Source: Lactobacillus johnsonii
GTDB lineage: Bacteria; Bacillota; Bacilli; Lactobacillales; Lactobacillaceae
Assembly: GCA_949888035.1 (NCBI GenBank)
Contig: CATLCE010000003.1
Location: 41,084-105,083 of the forward strand
Direction: 5' to 3'
Length of the DNA: 64,000 bases
Both the position numbers and the translations under genes were made by a program. Of this stretch, positions 1 through 9,714 are shown one piece after another. Numbering within the stretch: the first letter of the stretch is position 1; every line of letters starts with the position of its first letter. The notes below the pieces were generated by a model. That model was not told the DNA's origin. It did no database searches and worked only from the letters and a program-made list of their open reading frames with translations.

Positions 1-3
1 GAG

Positions 4-888
4 ATGCAGAATGTGGCAACTGCTATTGATTCTACGAGTAGCACCTTGAAGGCTGGTCAAGAAGTTGACTGGAGCAAAATGTTAAATTTAATTCACTTAA
101 CTTCAATGAATCAGTCTTTAAGTACGCAGTATCAGAACGCTTCAAATATTTCTGCTCGAATTAGATTGCACCGAGATTATTCTCTCAATAAAGAGGGATG
201 GTTCCATTGGCTGTTTAGGCAACTTGACTTAAAACCAGGGATGAAAATTCTGGAACTCGGCGCAGGCAATGGTGCTTTGTGGTCTCAGAATTTAGAGAAA
301 TTACCAAAGGGTTTAACGATAGTTTTATCTGATATTTCAGAAGGAATCTTAGTCGATGCTAAGAATGAAATTGGCGATAACGCTGAATTTCAATATGCAG
401 TTTTTGATGCTCAAAAGATTCCTTTTGCGGATAATACTTTTGACCTGGTAATTGCTAATCACATGCTCTTTTATTGTGACGATATTCCAAAGACTTTAAA
501 AGAAGTTTGCAGGGTAATGAAAAAGGGTGGCTTCTTTGCATGTTCAACTTATTCAAAACGACATATGCATGAAATTACTGATTTAGTTCAAGAATTTAAT
601 CCTGAAATAGTTTTGTCTTCTACCAATCTATATGATCGTTTTGGTTTAGATAATGGTGCCGAAATTTTAAGTAAAGACTTTACTAATATTTCTTGTCATA
701 AGTACCAAGATGCTATTGAATTATCTGAATCTACACCAATAATTTCTTACATTTTATCCTGCCATGGTAATCAGAATGAATTACTAATTGATCGTTATGG
801 TGAATTTAAAGACTATGTTACCAATAAAGTGAAGAATGGCTTCTATATTACTAAGGATGCCGGATACTTTTATTGTAAGAAAACATAG
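4..888 (+). CDS. Class I SAM-dependent methyltransferase, probably the C-terminal part of a MerR-family regulator-methyltransferase fusion (true start likely upstream of the window)
   Basis: ILELGAGNG SAM motif I and FADNTFDLVIANHML motif; frame is open to the window edge; N-terminal helical segment; MerR-type promoter immediately downstream. Confidence 0.75.
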   Translation: MQNVATAIDSTSSTLKAGQEVDWSKMLNLIHLTSMNQSLSTQYQNASNISARIRLHRDYSLNKEGWFHWLFRQLDLKPGMKILELGAGNGALWSQNLEKLPKGLTIVLSDISEGILVDAKNEIGDNAEFQYAVFDAQKIPFADNTFDLVIANHMLFYCDDIPKTLKEVCRVMKKGGFFACSTYSKRHMHEITDLVQEFNPEIVLSSTNLYDRFGLDNGAEILSKDFTNISCHKYQDAIELSESTPIISYILSCHGNQNELLIDRYGEFKDYVTNKVKNGFYITKDAGYFYCKKT

Positions 889-904
889 TTTTTTATTTTC
901 AGGC

Positions 905-935
905 TTGAAGGTGACGTAACGTAATGTTATATACT
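905..935 (+). promoter_or_regulatory. MerR-type promoter/operator upstream of rmlB
   Basis: -35 TTGAAG (905-910), 19-bp spacer containing the dyad TGACGT-A-ACGTAA (912-924), -10 TATACT (930-935). Confidence 0.7.
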
Positions 936-966
936 TCATATGAACTCAAAAATTTGGAGGATAAAT

Positions 967-2004
967 ATGAAAGTTATTGTTACTGGTGGTGCCGGTTTTA
1001 TCGGTTCAAACTTTGTTTTTTATATGTTAAAGAAGCATCCTGATTACGAAATTATCTGTTTAGATAGTTTAACTTATGCAGGTAACTTATCTACTTTAAA
1101 GGATGTTATGGATAATCCGAACTTCAAGTTTGTTAAGTTGGACATTCGTGATCGCGAAGATGTTTACAAGTTATTCGAAGAAGAAAAACCTGACGTTGTA
1201 GTTAACTTTGCTGCAGAAAGTCACGTTGACCGTTCTATCGAAAACCCAGAAATTTTCTTAGAAACTAACATTATTGGTACTTCTGTTTTGATGGACGCAT
1301 GTCGCAAGTACGGTATCAAGCGTTTTCACCAAGTATCTACTGACGAAGTTTATGGTGATTTACCACTTGATCGTCCAGACTTGTTCTTCCATGAAGACAC
1401 TCCACTTCACACTTCTAGTCCTTATTCATCAAGTAAGGCAAGTGCTGATTTGTTAGTTGGTGCCTACGGCAGAACTTTCAACTTGCCAGTAACTATTTCC
1501 CGTTGTTCTAACAACTATGGACCATATCAATTCCCAGAAAAGCTTATCCCATTGATGATCCAAAGAGCTTTGAACAATGAAAAGCTTCCAGTTTATGGTG
1601 ATGGTGAAAATGTTCGTGACTGGCTTTACGTTGAAGATCACTGCAAGGCTATTGACCTTATCTTAGAAAATGGTAAGCCTGGTGAAGTTTACAACATCGG
1701 TGGCCATAACGAAATGCACAACATTGACATTGTTAAGCTTATTTGTGACTACTTAGACAAGCCATACTCATTAATTGAACACGTTACTGATCGTAAGGGT
1801 CATGATCGTCGTTACGCTATCGACCCAGAAAAGATTCACAACGAATTAGGCTGGCTTCCTGAAACCATGTTTAAAGATGGTATCAAGAAGACTATTCAAT
1901 GGTACCTTGATAACAAGGAATGGTGGGAAAACATCATTTCTGGCGACTACCAAAATTACTACGATGAAATGTATGGTAAGAAGCAAGTTTTAGATAAGGA
2001 CTAA
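967..2004 (+). CDS. rmlB: dTDP-glucose 4,6-dehydratase
   Basis: TGGAGFIG, NFAAESHVDRS, STDEVYG and YSSSK motifs; GGAGG RBS before ATG 967. Confidence 0.97.
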   Translation: MKVIVTGGAGFIGSNFVFYMLKKHPDYEIICLDSLTYAGNLSTLKDVMDNPNFKFVKLDIRDREDVYKLFEEEKPDVVVNFAAESHVDRSIENPEIFLETNIIGTSVLMDACRKYGIKRFHQVSTDEVYGDLPLDRPDLFFHEDTPLHTSSPYSSSKASADLLVGAYGRTFNLPVTISRCSNNYGPYQFPEKLIPLMIQRALNNEKLPVYGDGENVRDWLYVEDHCKAIDLILENGKPGEVYNIGGHNEMHNIDIVKLICDYLDKPYSLIEHVTDRKGHDRRYAIDPEKIHNELGWLPETMFKDGIKKTIQWYLDNKEWWENIISGDYQNYYDEMYGKKQVLDKD

Positions 2005-2010
2005 TTCAAG

Positions 2011-2895
2011 ATGAAGGGAATTATTTTAGCGGGCGGTTCAGGTACACGTTTATACCCATTAACTTTAGTAACTAGTAAGCAATTGTTGCCTGTTTATGAC
2101 AAGCCAATGATTTATTACCCATTGTCAACGTTAATGTTGGCTGGTATTAAGGATATTTTGGTTATTTCTACTCCAGCTGATACTCCACGCTTTAAGGAAT
2201 TGCTAGGAGATGGTTCACAATTTGGAATTAAGTTGACCTACAAGGTTCAACCAAGTCCAGATGGTTTGGCTCAAGCCTTTACTTTGGGTGAAGACTTTAT
2301 CAATGGTGAACCTTGTGCAATGGTACTTGGTGACAATATCTTTTATGGCAATGGCTTTACTGAATTGCTTAAGAATGCTGCTCAAGATGCACAAGATGGT
2401 AAGGCAACTGTCTTTGGTTACTATGTTAATGATCCAGAACGTTTTGGTGTTGTTGACTTTGATGAAAATGGTAATGCTGTTTCAATTGAAGAAAAGCCAG
2501 AACATCCAAAGAGTAACTATGCTGTAACTGGACTTTACTTCTATCCAGCAGGTGTTAGTGAAAAGGCTGCTCAAGTTAAGCCTAGTGCACGTGGGGAAGT
2601 TGAAATTACTAGTTTGAACGATATGTACTTGCAAGATGATAACCTAGGTGTACAACTTTTAGGCCGAGGTTATGCTTGGCTTGATACTGGTACCATGCAA
2701 AGTTTAGTTGATGCTTCTAACTACGTTAAGATGGTAGAAGAACGCCAAGGAGTTTCTGTTTCAGCTCCTGAAGAAATTGCCTACATCCATGGCTGGATTG
2801 ACAAAGATGAACTTCTTGAAGCAGCTACTCACTATGGCAAGAGTCCATATGGTCAGCACCTTAAGTCAGTTGCTGAAGGTAAGTTACGTTACTAA
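2011..2895 (+). CDS. rmlA: Glucose-1-phosphate thymidylyltransferase
   Basis: [25 protein letters not shown] and WLDTGT motifs. Confidence 0.97.
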   Translation: MKGIILAGGSGTRLYPLTLVTSKQLLPVYDKPMIYYPLSTLMLAGIKDILVISTPADTPRFKELLGDGSQFGIKLTYKVQPSPDGLAQAFTLGEDFINGEPCAMVLGDNIFYGNGFTELLKNAAQDAQDGKATVFGYYVNDPERFGVVDFDENGNAVSIEEKPEHPKSNYAVTGLYFYPAGVSEKAAQVKPSARGEVEITSLNDMYLQDDNLGVQLLGRGYAWLDTGTMQSLVDASNYVKMVEERQGVSVSAPEEIAYIHGWIDKDELLEAATHYGKSPYGQHLKSVAEGKLRY

Positions 2896-2919
2896 TTTTT
2901 GAAAGAAAGAAGAGTAAAA

Positions 2920-3528
2920 ATGGGACAAATTAAAGTTGAAAAGAATGTTGGCGGTATTGAAGGTTTAGCAGTTATTACCCCAACTGTTCACGGTGATGAC
3001 CGTGGTTACTTCATGGAAACTTTTAACCAAAGAGACATGATGGAGGCTGGTTTTAGCATTAACTTCGTTCAAGATAACCAATCAAGTTCAACTAAAGGTG
3101 TGCTTCGTGGGTTACATTTCCAAAAGCATTACCCACAAGTGAAGTTGGTTCGTGCTGTTCGTGGTAGCGTATTTGATGTTGCTGTTGACCTTAGAAGTAA
3201 TTCAAAGACTTATGGGAAATGGTACGGTGTTGAATTAACTGCTGAAAATAAGAAGCAATTCTTGATCCCACAAGGTTTTGCTCATGGTTTCCTTGTTTTG
3301 AGTGACGAAGCAGAATTTTGCTACAAAGTTAACGATTTCTGGCACCCAAACGATGAAGGTGGGATGGCTTGGAACGATCCCGAAATTGGAATTGAATGGC
3401 CACATCTTCAAGGTAATTACCCAGGAAATGCCAGTGCTAAAGGTTACACTTTAGATGATGGTACAAAATTGACTTTATCTGATCGTGACCAAGAATGGGT
3501 TGGTTTAAAGGACACTTTCAAGTTTTAA
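2920..3528 (+). CDS. rmlC: dTDP-4-dehydrorhamnose 3,5-epimerase
   Basis: DDRGYF, QDNQSSS-GVLRGLHFQ and GFAHGF motifs. Confidence 0.95.
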   Translation: MGQIKVEKNVGGIEGLAVITPTVHGDDRGYFMETFNQRDMMEAGFSINFVQDNQSSSTKGVLRGLHFQKHYPQVKLVRAVRGSVFDVAVDLRSNSKTYGKWYGVELTAENKKQFLIPQGFAHGFLVLSDEAEFCYKVNDFWHPNDEGGMAWNDPEIGIEWPHLQGNYPGNASAKGYTLDDGTKLTLSDRDQEWVGLKDTFKF

Positions 3529-3544
3529 TTAGTGAGGTAATTTA

Positions 3545-4528
3545 ATGAAAGTTTTTGTAACTGGAGTCAATGGTCAACTTGGCCATGACGTAATGAATGA
3601 ACTTGCTAAGCGTGGTTACAAAGGTATAGGTTCTGATTTAGCACCTGAATATGCCGGTGTTGCTGATGGCACAGCTGTAACTAAAGCACCTTACGTTTCT
3701 TTAGATATTACTGATTCTGAAGCGGTTGACAAGGTGATTTCTGAAGCGAATCCAGATGTCATTGTTCACTGTGCTGCTTGGACTGCTGTTGATATGGCAG
3801 AAGATGATGACAAGGTTGAAGCTGTGCGTAAGGTTAATGTTGATGGTACGCAAAATATTGCCAATGTTGCTAAGCAGTTAGATGTGCCAATGGTATACAT
3901 TTCTACCGACTACGTTTTCGATGGTCAAGGAACTACTCCATGGAAGCCTGACTTTAAAGGCTATAAGCCAATGAATGTTTATGGTGAAACCAAATTAGGT
4001 GGCGAAGAAGCTGTTGCCAATACTTTGGATAAGTACTTCATCGTTCGTATCGCTTGGGTATTTGGAGTTAATGGTTCTAACTTCATTAAGACCATGCTTA
4101 AAGTAGGTAAGAGTCATGATGAAGTTAAGGTTGTTGATGATCAAATTGGTACTCCAACTTATACTTTTGACTTAGCACGTTTGCTCGTTGACATGATTGA
4201 AACGGATAAGTACGGTTACTACCATGCAACCAATGCTGAATTGCCAGAATCTGAAGGTGACCATAATGTTGATGGTACTAAGACTGGCTACATTTCTTGG
4301 TATGACTTTACTAAAGAAATTTACCGTCAAGCTGGCTATGATACTAAGGTTACTCCTGTAACTACCGAAGAATACGGCTTGTCCAAGGCTGTGCGTCCAT
4401 TTAACTCACGGCTTGACAAGAGTAAACTTGTCGAGAATGGTTTCACTCCACTTCCAACTTGGTCTAATGCCATTAAGCGTTACTTAAAAATCTTGAAAAA
4501 AGATGGTTTCTTTGACGAATTAAATTAA
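3545..4528 (+). CDS. rmlD: dTDP-4-dehydrorhamnose reductase
   Basis: TGVNGQLG, HCAAWTAVD, STDYVFDG and YGETK motifs. Confidence 0.96.
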   Translation: MKVFVTGVNGQLGHDVMNELAKRGYKGIGSDLAPEYAGVADGTAVTKAPYVSLDITDSEAVDKVISEANPDVIVHCAAWTAVDMAEDDDKVEAVRKVNVDGTQNIANVAKQLDVPMVYISTDYVFDGQGTTPWKPDFKGYKPMNVYGETKLGGEEAVANTLDKYFIVRIAWVFGVNGSNFIKTMLKVGKSHDEVKVVDDQIGTPTYTFDLARLLVDMIETDKYGYYHATNAELPESEGDHNVDGTKTGYISWYDFTKEIYRQAGYDTKVTPVTTEEYGLSKAVRPFNSRLDKSKLVENGFTPLPTWSNAIKRYLKILKKDGFFDELN

Positions 4529-4594
4529 TAATTACACTCAATCTACCCTATGAGTGAGAACAGGACACGTTGTAATAGCGTGTCCTGTTTTTTG
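4046..4594 (+). repeat. Long direct repeat, copy 1 (rmlD 3' half plus terminator)
   Basis: Closely matches 10454-11022 by eye, with mostly synonymous differences. Confidence 0.92.
4559..4594 (+). terminator. Rho-independent terminator after rmlD
   Basis: AACAGGACACG...CGTGTCCTGTT stem followed by T-run. Confidence 0.88.
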
Positions 4595-4713
4595 CTTAAG
4601 CGTTTGAACTATATTTGTAAATAAAATGACACCTTTATTACAATTTTATTACTATACATGGCTAATCGTTTTCATATGATATAAGAAGACGGATCTTCAT
4701 AGGGAGGAATTAC

Positions 4714-7131
4714 ATGAGTATTAGTAAGAAAGATTCACTACTGACATTTATCTCAGCGGCAACTTTGCTTGGAATGTTTGCAACAACTAATCAAGCAGTT
4801 CACGCTGATACCATCAAGACACCACTTGTAGCAAAATCACAAAATGAAAATAAACAAACTATTGTAGCTGGGCAACCTGCCAAGGATGATAAGGCTGCCA
4901 CAACTGCAGAGCAACCTGAAAATGTTCAGCCTAAAGCTGAAGCAACTAAAGAGAAGGCAGAAGCTACTAAAACAGCTGATAATAATCAAACAACTACTAA
5001 AAATACACAGACTCAAGCTAATAAGGCTGTAGCACCTACTACTCCTCAAACTACTAAGACTAATGATTCAAAGGATAGCAAAAAGACTACAGATAAAGAT
5101 ACCTCAAAGAATCAACAAGAAGTTCAACCAACTCAAACTACACCGGTAGAACAAGAGCCAACGGTTTTTGTTCCTCAATCTGAACTTCCAACTGATGACA
5201 GTACAACTGAAAAAGCGACAAAAACAGACTATCAATTAAGTGAAGAAGCATTAAAGGTTTTGAAAGAGGCTGAAATCAATGTAGATTCTTTAACTAAAGA
5301 TCAAGTTGCTAAGATTAAGAAGATTAACTTTAATGATACTAAGGCTAACACTGCTGCTAAATGGACGTATTCACAATATAGCGGTGTTGCTAACAAGATG
5401 CTTAAGCAAGATGAACGCTATCGTATTCCATATTTTAACGCTAAGAAAATTAAAAATATGGGCGGTATTACAACCAAAGATGCTCAGACTGGTAAAGTAG
5501 CGGATCTTGAAATTTGGGATTCATGGCCAGTTCAAGATGCCAAGACTGGTAAAGTGGTTAACTACAAAGGTTTTCAATTAGCAGTTGCAATGATGGGAAT
5601 TCCACAGCAAGATGATTCTCATATTTATTTACTTTACAACAAGTATGGCGATAACAACTTTGATAATTGGAAAACTGCCGGTCCTATTTTTGGTTATAAA
5701 GGTACGCCACAAGCTCAAGAATGGTCTGGTTCAGCTACTGTAAATAAAGATGGTAGTATTCAATTATTCTACACTGATGTAGATACGAGCGAAGGAACAA
5801 ACAATCAAAAGATTTCTACTGTTAACTTAGTTTTGAAAGTTGACAATAAGAAGGGTACAGTTAAGATTGCTAAGCGGAGATACCGTCATGTTTTGTTCAC
5901 AGGTGATGGCTATTACTACCAAACTTATAAGCAATGGAAAGATAAGAACAAAGGTGCCGATAACATTGCTATGCGTGACGCTCACGTTATTTCAGTGAAG
6001 GGACGCCGCTACTTAGTATTCGAAGCTTCAACGGGTAGTCAAGATTACCAAGGTGAAGACCAAGTCTATAAGTGGCAAAACTATGGTGGTACTGAAAAAG
6101 AGGCAATTGAAAACTTTTTGAAGATTACTTCAAATGCTGATATGACAAGTCGTGCTACTTGGGCTAACGCGGCTATTGGAATTATTCGTTTAAGTAAAAA
6201 CGAAAACAATCCAAAAGTTGATAAAGTTATGTCTCCACTTGTAAGCAGTTTGATGGTTTCAGACGAAATTGAACGTGCTAATCTCATCCCTATGAATGGC
6301 AAATATTACTTATTCGCTACTACTCGTCTTAACCGTGGGACTGGTGATGACTTATGGCAAGAAGCAGATCAGAAGATTGGTGATAATGTTGCCATGCTTG
6401 GTTGGGTATCAGATCACTTAACTTATGGCTATAAGCCCCTTAACGATGATGCCGGTGTATTAGTAGCAAGTGTTCCATTCAATTGGAGAACTTCAACATA
6501 TTCCTATTATCCAGTTCCAGTTAAGGGCAGCAATGACGAATTGTTGGTAACTTCCTACATGACTAATCGTGGCTTTGCTGCTGGCGCAGGCAAACGTTCA
6601 ACTTTAGCACCTTCATTCTTGATTAAGATTGATGGCGACAAGACTTATGTTGAAAATATCGCAACTAATCAAGGGGTCTGGGATTACAATAAGAAGTCTA
6701 AGAACAATTCTATGCTAGTAAGCACTATTAAGGGTGCACACCTTGATGGTGAACCAATTGACAAGAGTCAATGGAAGAATGCCTCTCTTGTTTCTCATAT
6801 TGAAAGAACTAAGAAGACAAGCAAAAAGAAATCTGCGACAAATACTAATACAAAGGTAAAGAAAGTAACTAATAAAAAATCTCCTAACAAGCCCCTTTTT
6901 AAACTTACTGCCCCTATAAAGATCACTGCTATACGCAGAACGCCAGTTGTTGGTAAGGATGGCAAACAAGTAAAGACTTACATGGGTAGCAAGAAGTACA
7001 ATGTGATTGGCAAAAATATCACGGTTAATGGCTTAGGCACCCAAAAGATTAACGGTAAAACTTACTATATCTTACAAAATGGCTACTATGTACTCGCTAA
7101 GGACTTCAAGTTAGCAGGTACGTTAATTTAA
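4714..7131 (+). CDS. GH68 fructansucrase (inulosucrase-like) with signal peptide and C-terminal SLAP-like cell-wall-binding domain
   Basis: Catalytic motifs WDSWP, EWSGS, MRDAH, SDEIER and TRLNRG; Thr/Gln/Lys-rich N-terminal linker; C-terminal KINGKTYYIL..GYYV; no LPxTG. Confidence 0.92.
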   Translation: MSISKKDSLLTFISAATLLGMFATTNQAVHADTIKTPLVAKSQNENKQTIVAGQPAKDDKAATTAEQPENVQPKAEATKEKAEATKTADNNQTTTKNTQTQANKAVAPTTPQTTKTNDSKDSKKTTDKDTSKNQQEVQPTQTTPVEQEPTVFVPQSELPTDDSTTEKATKTDYQLSEEALKVLKEAEINVDSLTKDQVAKIKKINFNDTKANTAAKWTYSQYSGVANKMLKQDERYRIPYFNAKKIKNMGGITTKDAQTGKVADLEIWDSWPVQDAKTGKVVNYKGFQLAVAMMGIPQQDDSHIYLLYNKYGDNNFDNWKTAGPIFGYKGTPQAQEWSGSATVNKDGSIQLFYTDVDTSEGTNNQKISTVNLVLKVDNKKGTVKIAKRRYRHVLFTGDGYYYQTYKQWKDKNKGADNIAMRDAHVISVKGRRYLVFEASTGSQDYQGEDQVYKWQNYGGTEKEAIENFLKITSNADMTSRATWANAAIGIIRLSKNENNPKVDKVMSPLVSSLMVSDEIERANLIPMNGKYYLFATTRLNRGTGDDLWQEADQKIGDNVAMLGWVSDHLTYGYKPLNDDAGVLVASVPFNWRTSTYSYYPVPVKGSNDELLVTSYMTNRGFAAGAGKRSTLAPSFLIKIDGDKTYVENIATNQGVWDYNKKSKNNSMLVSTIKGAHLDGEPIDKSQWKNASLVSHIERTKKTSKKKSATNTNTKVKKVTNKKSPNKPLFKLTAPIKITAIRRTPVVGKDGKQVKTYMGSKKYNVIGKNITVNGLGTQKINGKTYYILQNGYYVLAKDFKLAGTLI

Positions 7132-7189
7132 AATAGTCAACATGTAGTGGTCTTTTCTTAAAATTAGGACATATAGTAATTAAAACTAA

Positions 7190-7221
7190 AATAGGACACG
7201 TTGTAATGTGTCCTGTTTTTT
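7190..7221 (+). terminator. Terminator after the fructansucrase, near-identical to the rmlD terminator
   Basis: ATAGGACACGTTGTAATGTGTCCTGTTTTTT. Confidence 0.85.
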
Positions 7222-7232
7222 AGTGAAAATGT

Positions 7233-7726
7233 GGCTCTTTGTCAAATGATGTTAATAGAAGTCAACTAAAAAAATAAATAATTGGAAAGGTATTAGGCTA
7301 CTAATAGGTAGTCTGATGCTTTTTCTTTAATAATGGCATCCTTTTCTTCTCGCTTGATTCAAGTTACTAGATGATTGAAGTTAGTGTAACCGTAAGCGGT
7401 ACATTCAATAGAATATAAATGACTTATGTACGATATTATCGGAGTGGGAGTTTAATAATGGTCCAAATGTACAATGGCGTGATAGAACTTGGCTTCACGA
7501 TTACGATATTTACCAGTTGAAATGTCAAAAAATTCTGACAAAAGATTTTAATATTCAGAAAAAAATTTAATACAATCATTACAAGAGGACATAAGCAAAT
7601 TACTTTAATTTCTAAAGAGTGGTATCAAAGGACGTTATGCAGTGAGGGGAGTGCCTCTTTTTTAGTGCAAAAAAATCTATTGATAGAATATCATAGAAAT
7701 CTATCAACAGGATTTATCATAGAACC
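7233..7726 (-). mobile_element. Internally deleted ISL3-family IS (MITE-like remnant)
   Basis: Imperfect terminal IRs GGCTCTTTGTCAAATGATGTTAATAGA / GGTTCTATGATAAATCCTGTTGATAGA; minus strand reads broken transposase ends MSSCNDCIKFF..EFFDISTGKYRNREAKFYHAIVHL and TAYGYTNFNHL..IIKEKASDYLLVA*. Confidence 0.8.
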
Positions 7727-7935
7727 GTTTTTCTGTGTTCAAATCAATCGTACGGGAAAGAAACTCTTTTTTCTAATGTTTAAAGAAATAACTTTAAAGA
7801 GACGTTCGTCCATATATAAACTATTTAACAGTCTCGATTTTTCAGAGACATAAATATGGGTAAGAATCAATGTAATACTTAGTTTAAAGACTTAGGTGAT
7901 ATTTTTCATGATACAATATTAATACAATAATTAGA

Positions 7936-9690
7936 TTGACTAAAGAAATGAGAACAGGTATGACGCAAGAGTTTGGCTATAGTAATAATATAAATAATCA
8001 AGACTTGATAAAAACTTTACACGAATTATTAAAGAATGTTGAAAATGAAATAGTAGAGTTTAAAGAAGCTAAGAGTAATTTTGATCTTGATAGGTTGGGA
8101 AAGTATGTTTCCGCTATTAGTAATGAGGCTAATCTACGTGGTAAAAGATATGGCTGGCTAATTTTTGGTGTTAATGATAAAACTCATGCTATTGTAGGAA
8201 CGAATTATAAAAATAACCCAACTGCAATTGAAAATTTAAAATTAAATATTTCTAAAAGTATGACCGATGGTCTAACTTTTATGGATATATTTGAAGTGCA
8301 TTCTTTAGAAAATAAACGTGTTCTTATGTTTCAAATACCTGCAGCCCCTATTGGAATTCCGACTGGATGGAAAAATAGGTACTATGATCGTAAAGGAGAA
8401 TCCTTATCTGAAATATCGTTTGAAAAATTGGATCGAATTCGTGGTGAGCATAGAATAGACTGGTCTAAGCAATTAGTTAATGGAGCAACTATTGATGATC
8501 TTGATCCTCAGGCAATAAAATTAGCTAGGGAGAATTATCAACAGAATCTGAAAAATTCAAGTAATCCTAATGCTGCTATTGAATATGGCAAATTAAGTGA
8601 TTTTGATTTTTTGCAGAAAATGCATCTGATTATTAATGGACAACTTACTAATGCAGCAATGGTATTGCTAGGAAAAGAGAGTAGTGAAATACTATTCGAT
8701 TTTCCACCTAAAATTATGTGGCGATTACATAGCTCTAAGGGTGATTTATTAGATTCACAAATTTTTACAATACCTTTTATACTAGCTGTTGATAAAGCAT
8801 ATAAAAAAATTAGAAATTTAACGTATAAATATATGCCTAATCAAATTAGTTTGTTTCCTACAGAGACACCACAATATGATCCTTGGACTTTACGTGAATT
8901 AATTAATAACTGCATTGCCCATCAAGATTATGAACTTGGAATGCGTATTTATATTGATGAATTTGAAGATCATCTAATTATATCGAATGCAGGAAAATTC
9001 TTGCCAGGAAGTATTGAACCTGTTTTGGATCCAGCTTATGCTCCTCCCTACTATAAAAATCCTTTATTGGATACAACTATGGTAAATTTTAGAATGATTG
9101 AAACGGCTAGTTCAGGCATTAGACGCGTGTATTCAATTCAGCAAAAGAAACTTTTTCCTTTACCTGATTATGATTTGAGCGAATTTAATAAGGTTAAAGT
9201 GAAACTTTATGGGCGAGTTCTTGATGAAAAATATACGCAGCTTTTGTTTAGGAATCCTGATATGGATTTAGAGACAGTCTTCTTACTAGATAAAGTTCAA
9301 AAACATGAGAGAATTAGTAAGTCAGATGCTGCTAAGCTTCGTAAGAGGAAGTTGATAGAAGGTAGAATTCCTAATTTATATATTGCAGCTTCAGTAGCTG
9401 AATCGCTAGATCAAAAAGCAGAGTATGTTAAAAATAAAGGCTTAACAGACAAATATTATCAAGATTTAATTATTAAATATCTTACTCAATGGGAGAAAGG
9501 GAAAAAATCAGATTTTGTTAATCTGCTAAAAGATAAATTACCGGATAGTTTGACTGCTCGTCAAAAAGAGGCGAAGGTAAAAAATTATCTTCAGTCCTTA
9601 CGCAGAGCGCATAAAATAATGACTCAATCTACTTCTAGTGGTAAAAGAAGTAGAATTTGGATTTTAGTGAAGAATATGAGTCATAGATAA
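7936..9690 (+). CDS. AlbA_2 (Schlafen-like) domain + HATPase_c_4 + C-terminal HTH protein (start may be ATG 7960)
   Basis: ENEIVEFKEA, YVSAISNEAN..LIFGVND, LRELINNCIAHQDY, ISNAG and YKNPLL motifs; AT-rich coding. Confidence 0.85.
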   Translation: MTKEMRTGMTQEFGYSNNINNQDLIKTLHELLKNVENEIVEFKEAKSNFDLDRLGKYVSAISNEANLRGKRYGWLIFGVNDKTHAIVGTNYKNNPTAIENLKLNISKSMTDGLTFMDIFEVHSLENKRVLMFQIPAAPIGIPTGWKNRYYDRKGESLSEISFEKLDRIRGEHRIDWSKQLVNGATIDDLDPQAIKLARENYQQNLKNSSNPNAAIEYGKLSDFDFLQKMHLIINGQLTNAAMVLLGKESSEILFDFPPKIMWRLHSSKGDLLDSQIFTIPFILAVDKAYKKIRNLTYKYMPNQISLFPTETPQYDPWTLRELINNCIAHQDYELGMRIYIDEFEDHLIISNAGKFLPGSIEPVLDPAYAPPYYKNPLLDTTMVNFRMIETASSGIRRVYSIQQKKLFPLPDYDLSEFNKVKVKLYGRVLDEKYTQLLFRNPDMDLETVFLLDKVQKHERISKSDAAKLRKRKLIEGRIPNLYIAASVAESLDQKAEYVKNKGLTDKYYQDLIIKYLTQWEKGKKSDFVNLLKDKLPDSLTARQKEAKVKNYLQSLRRAHKIMTQSTSSGKRSRIWILVKNMSHR

Positions 9691-9714
9691 ATGAGATATA
9701 TTTAATTCCGTAAT

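Noticed and set aside
4659-4676. cre/ScrR-like site before the fructansucrase (GCTAATCGTTTTCA)
   Set aside because: Only the right half matches the consensus; cannot be supported
7136-7171. NrdR-like 16-mer / IS3-like end (TGTAGTGGTC..AAATTAGGACA) after the fructansucrase
   Set aside because: Not upstream of any gene, and no partner IR or transposase was found; too weak to call
7665-7853. 62-aa ORF
   Set aside because: Spans the ISL3 end; no RBS or recognisable motif
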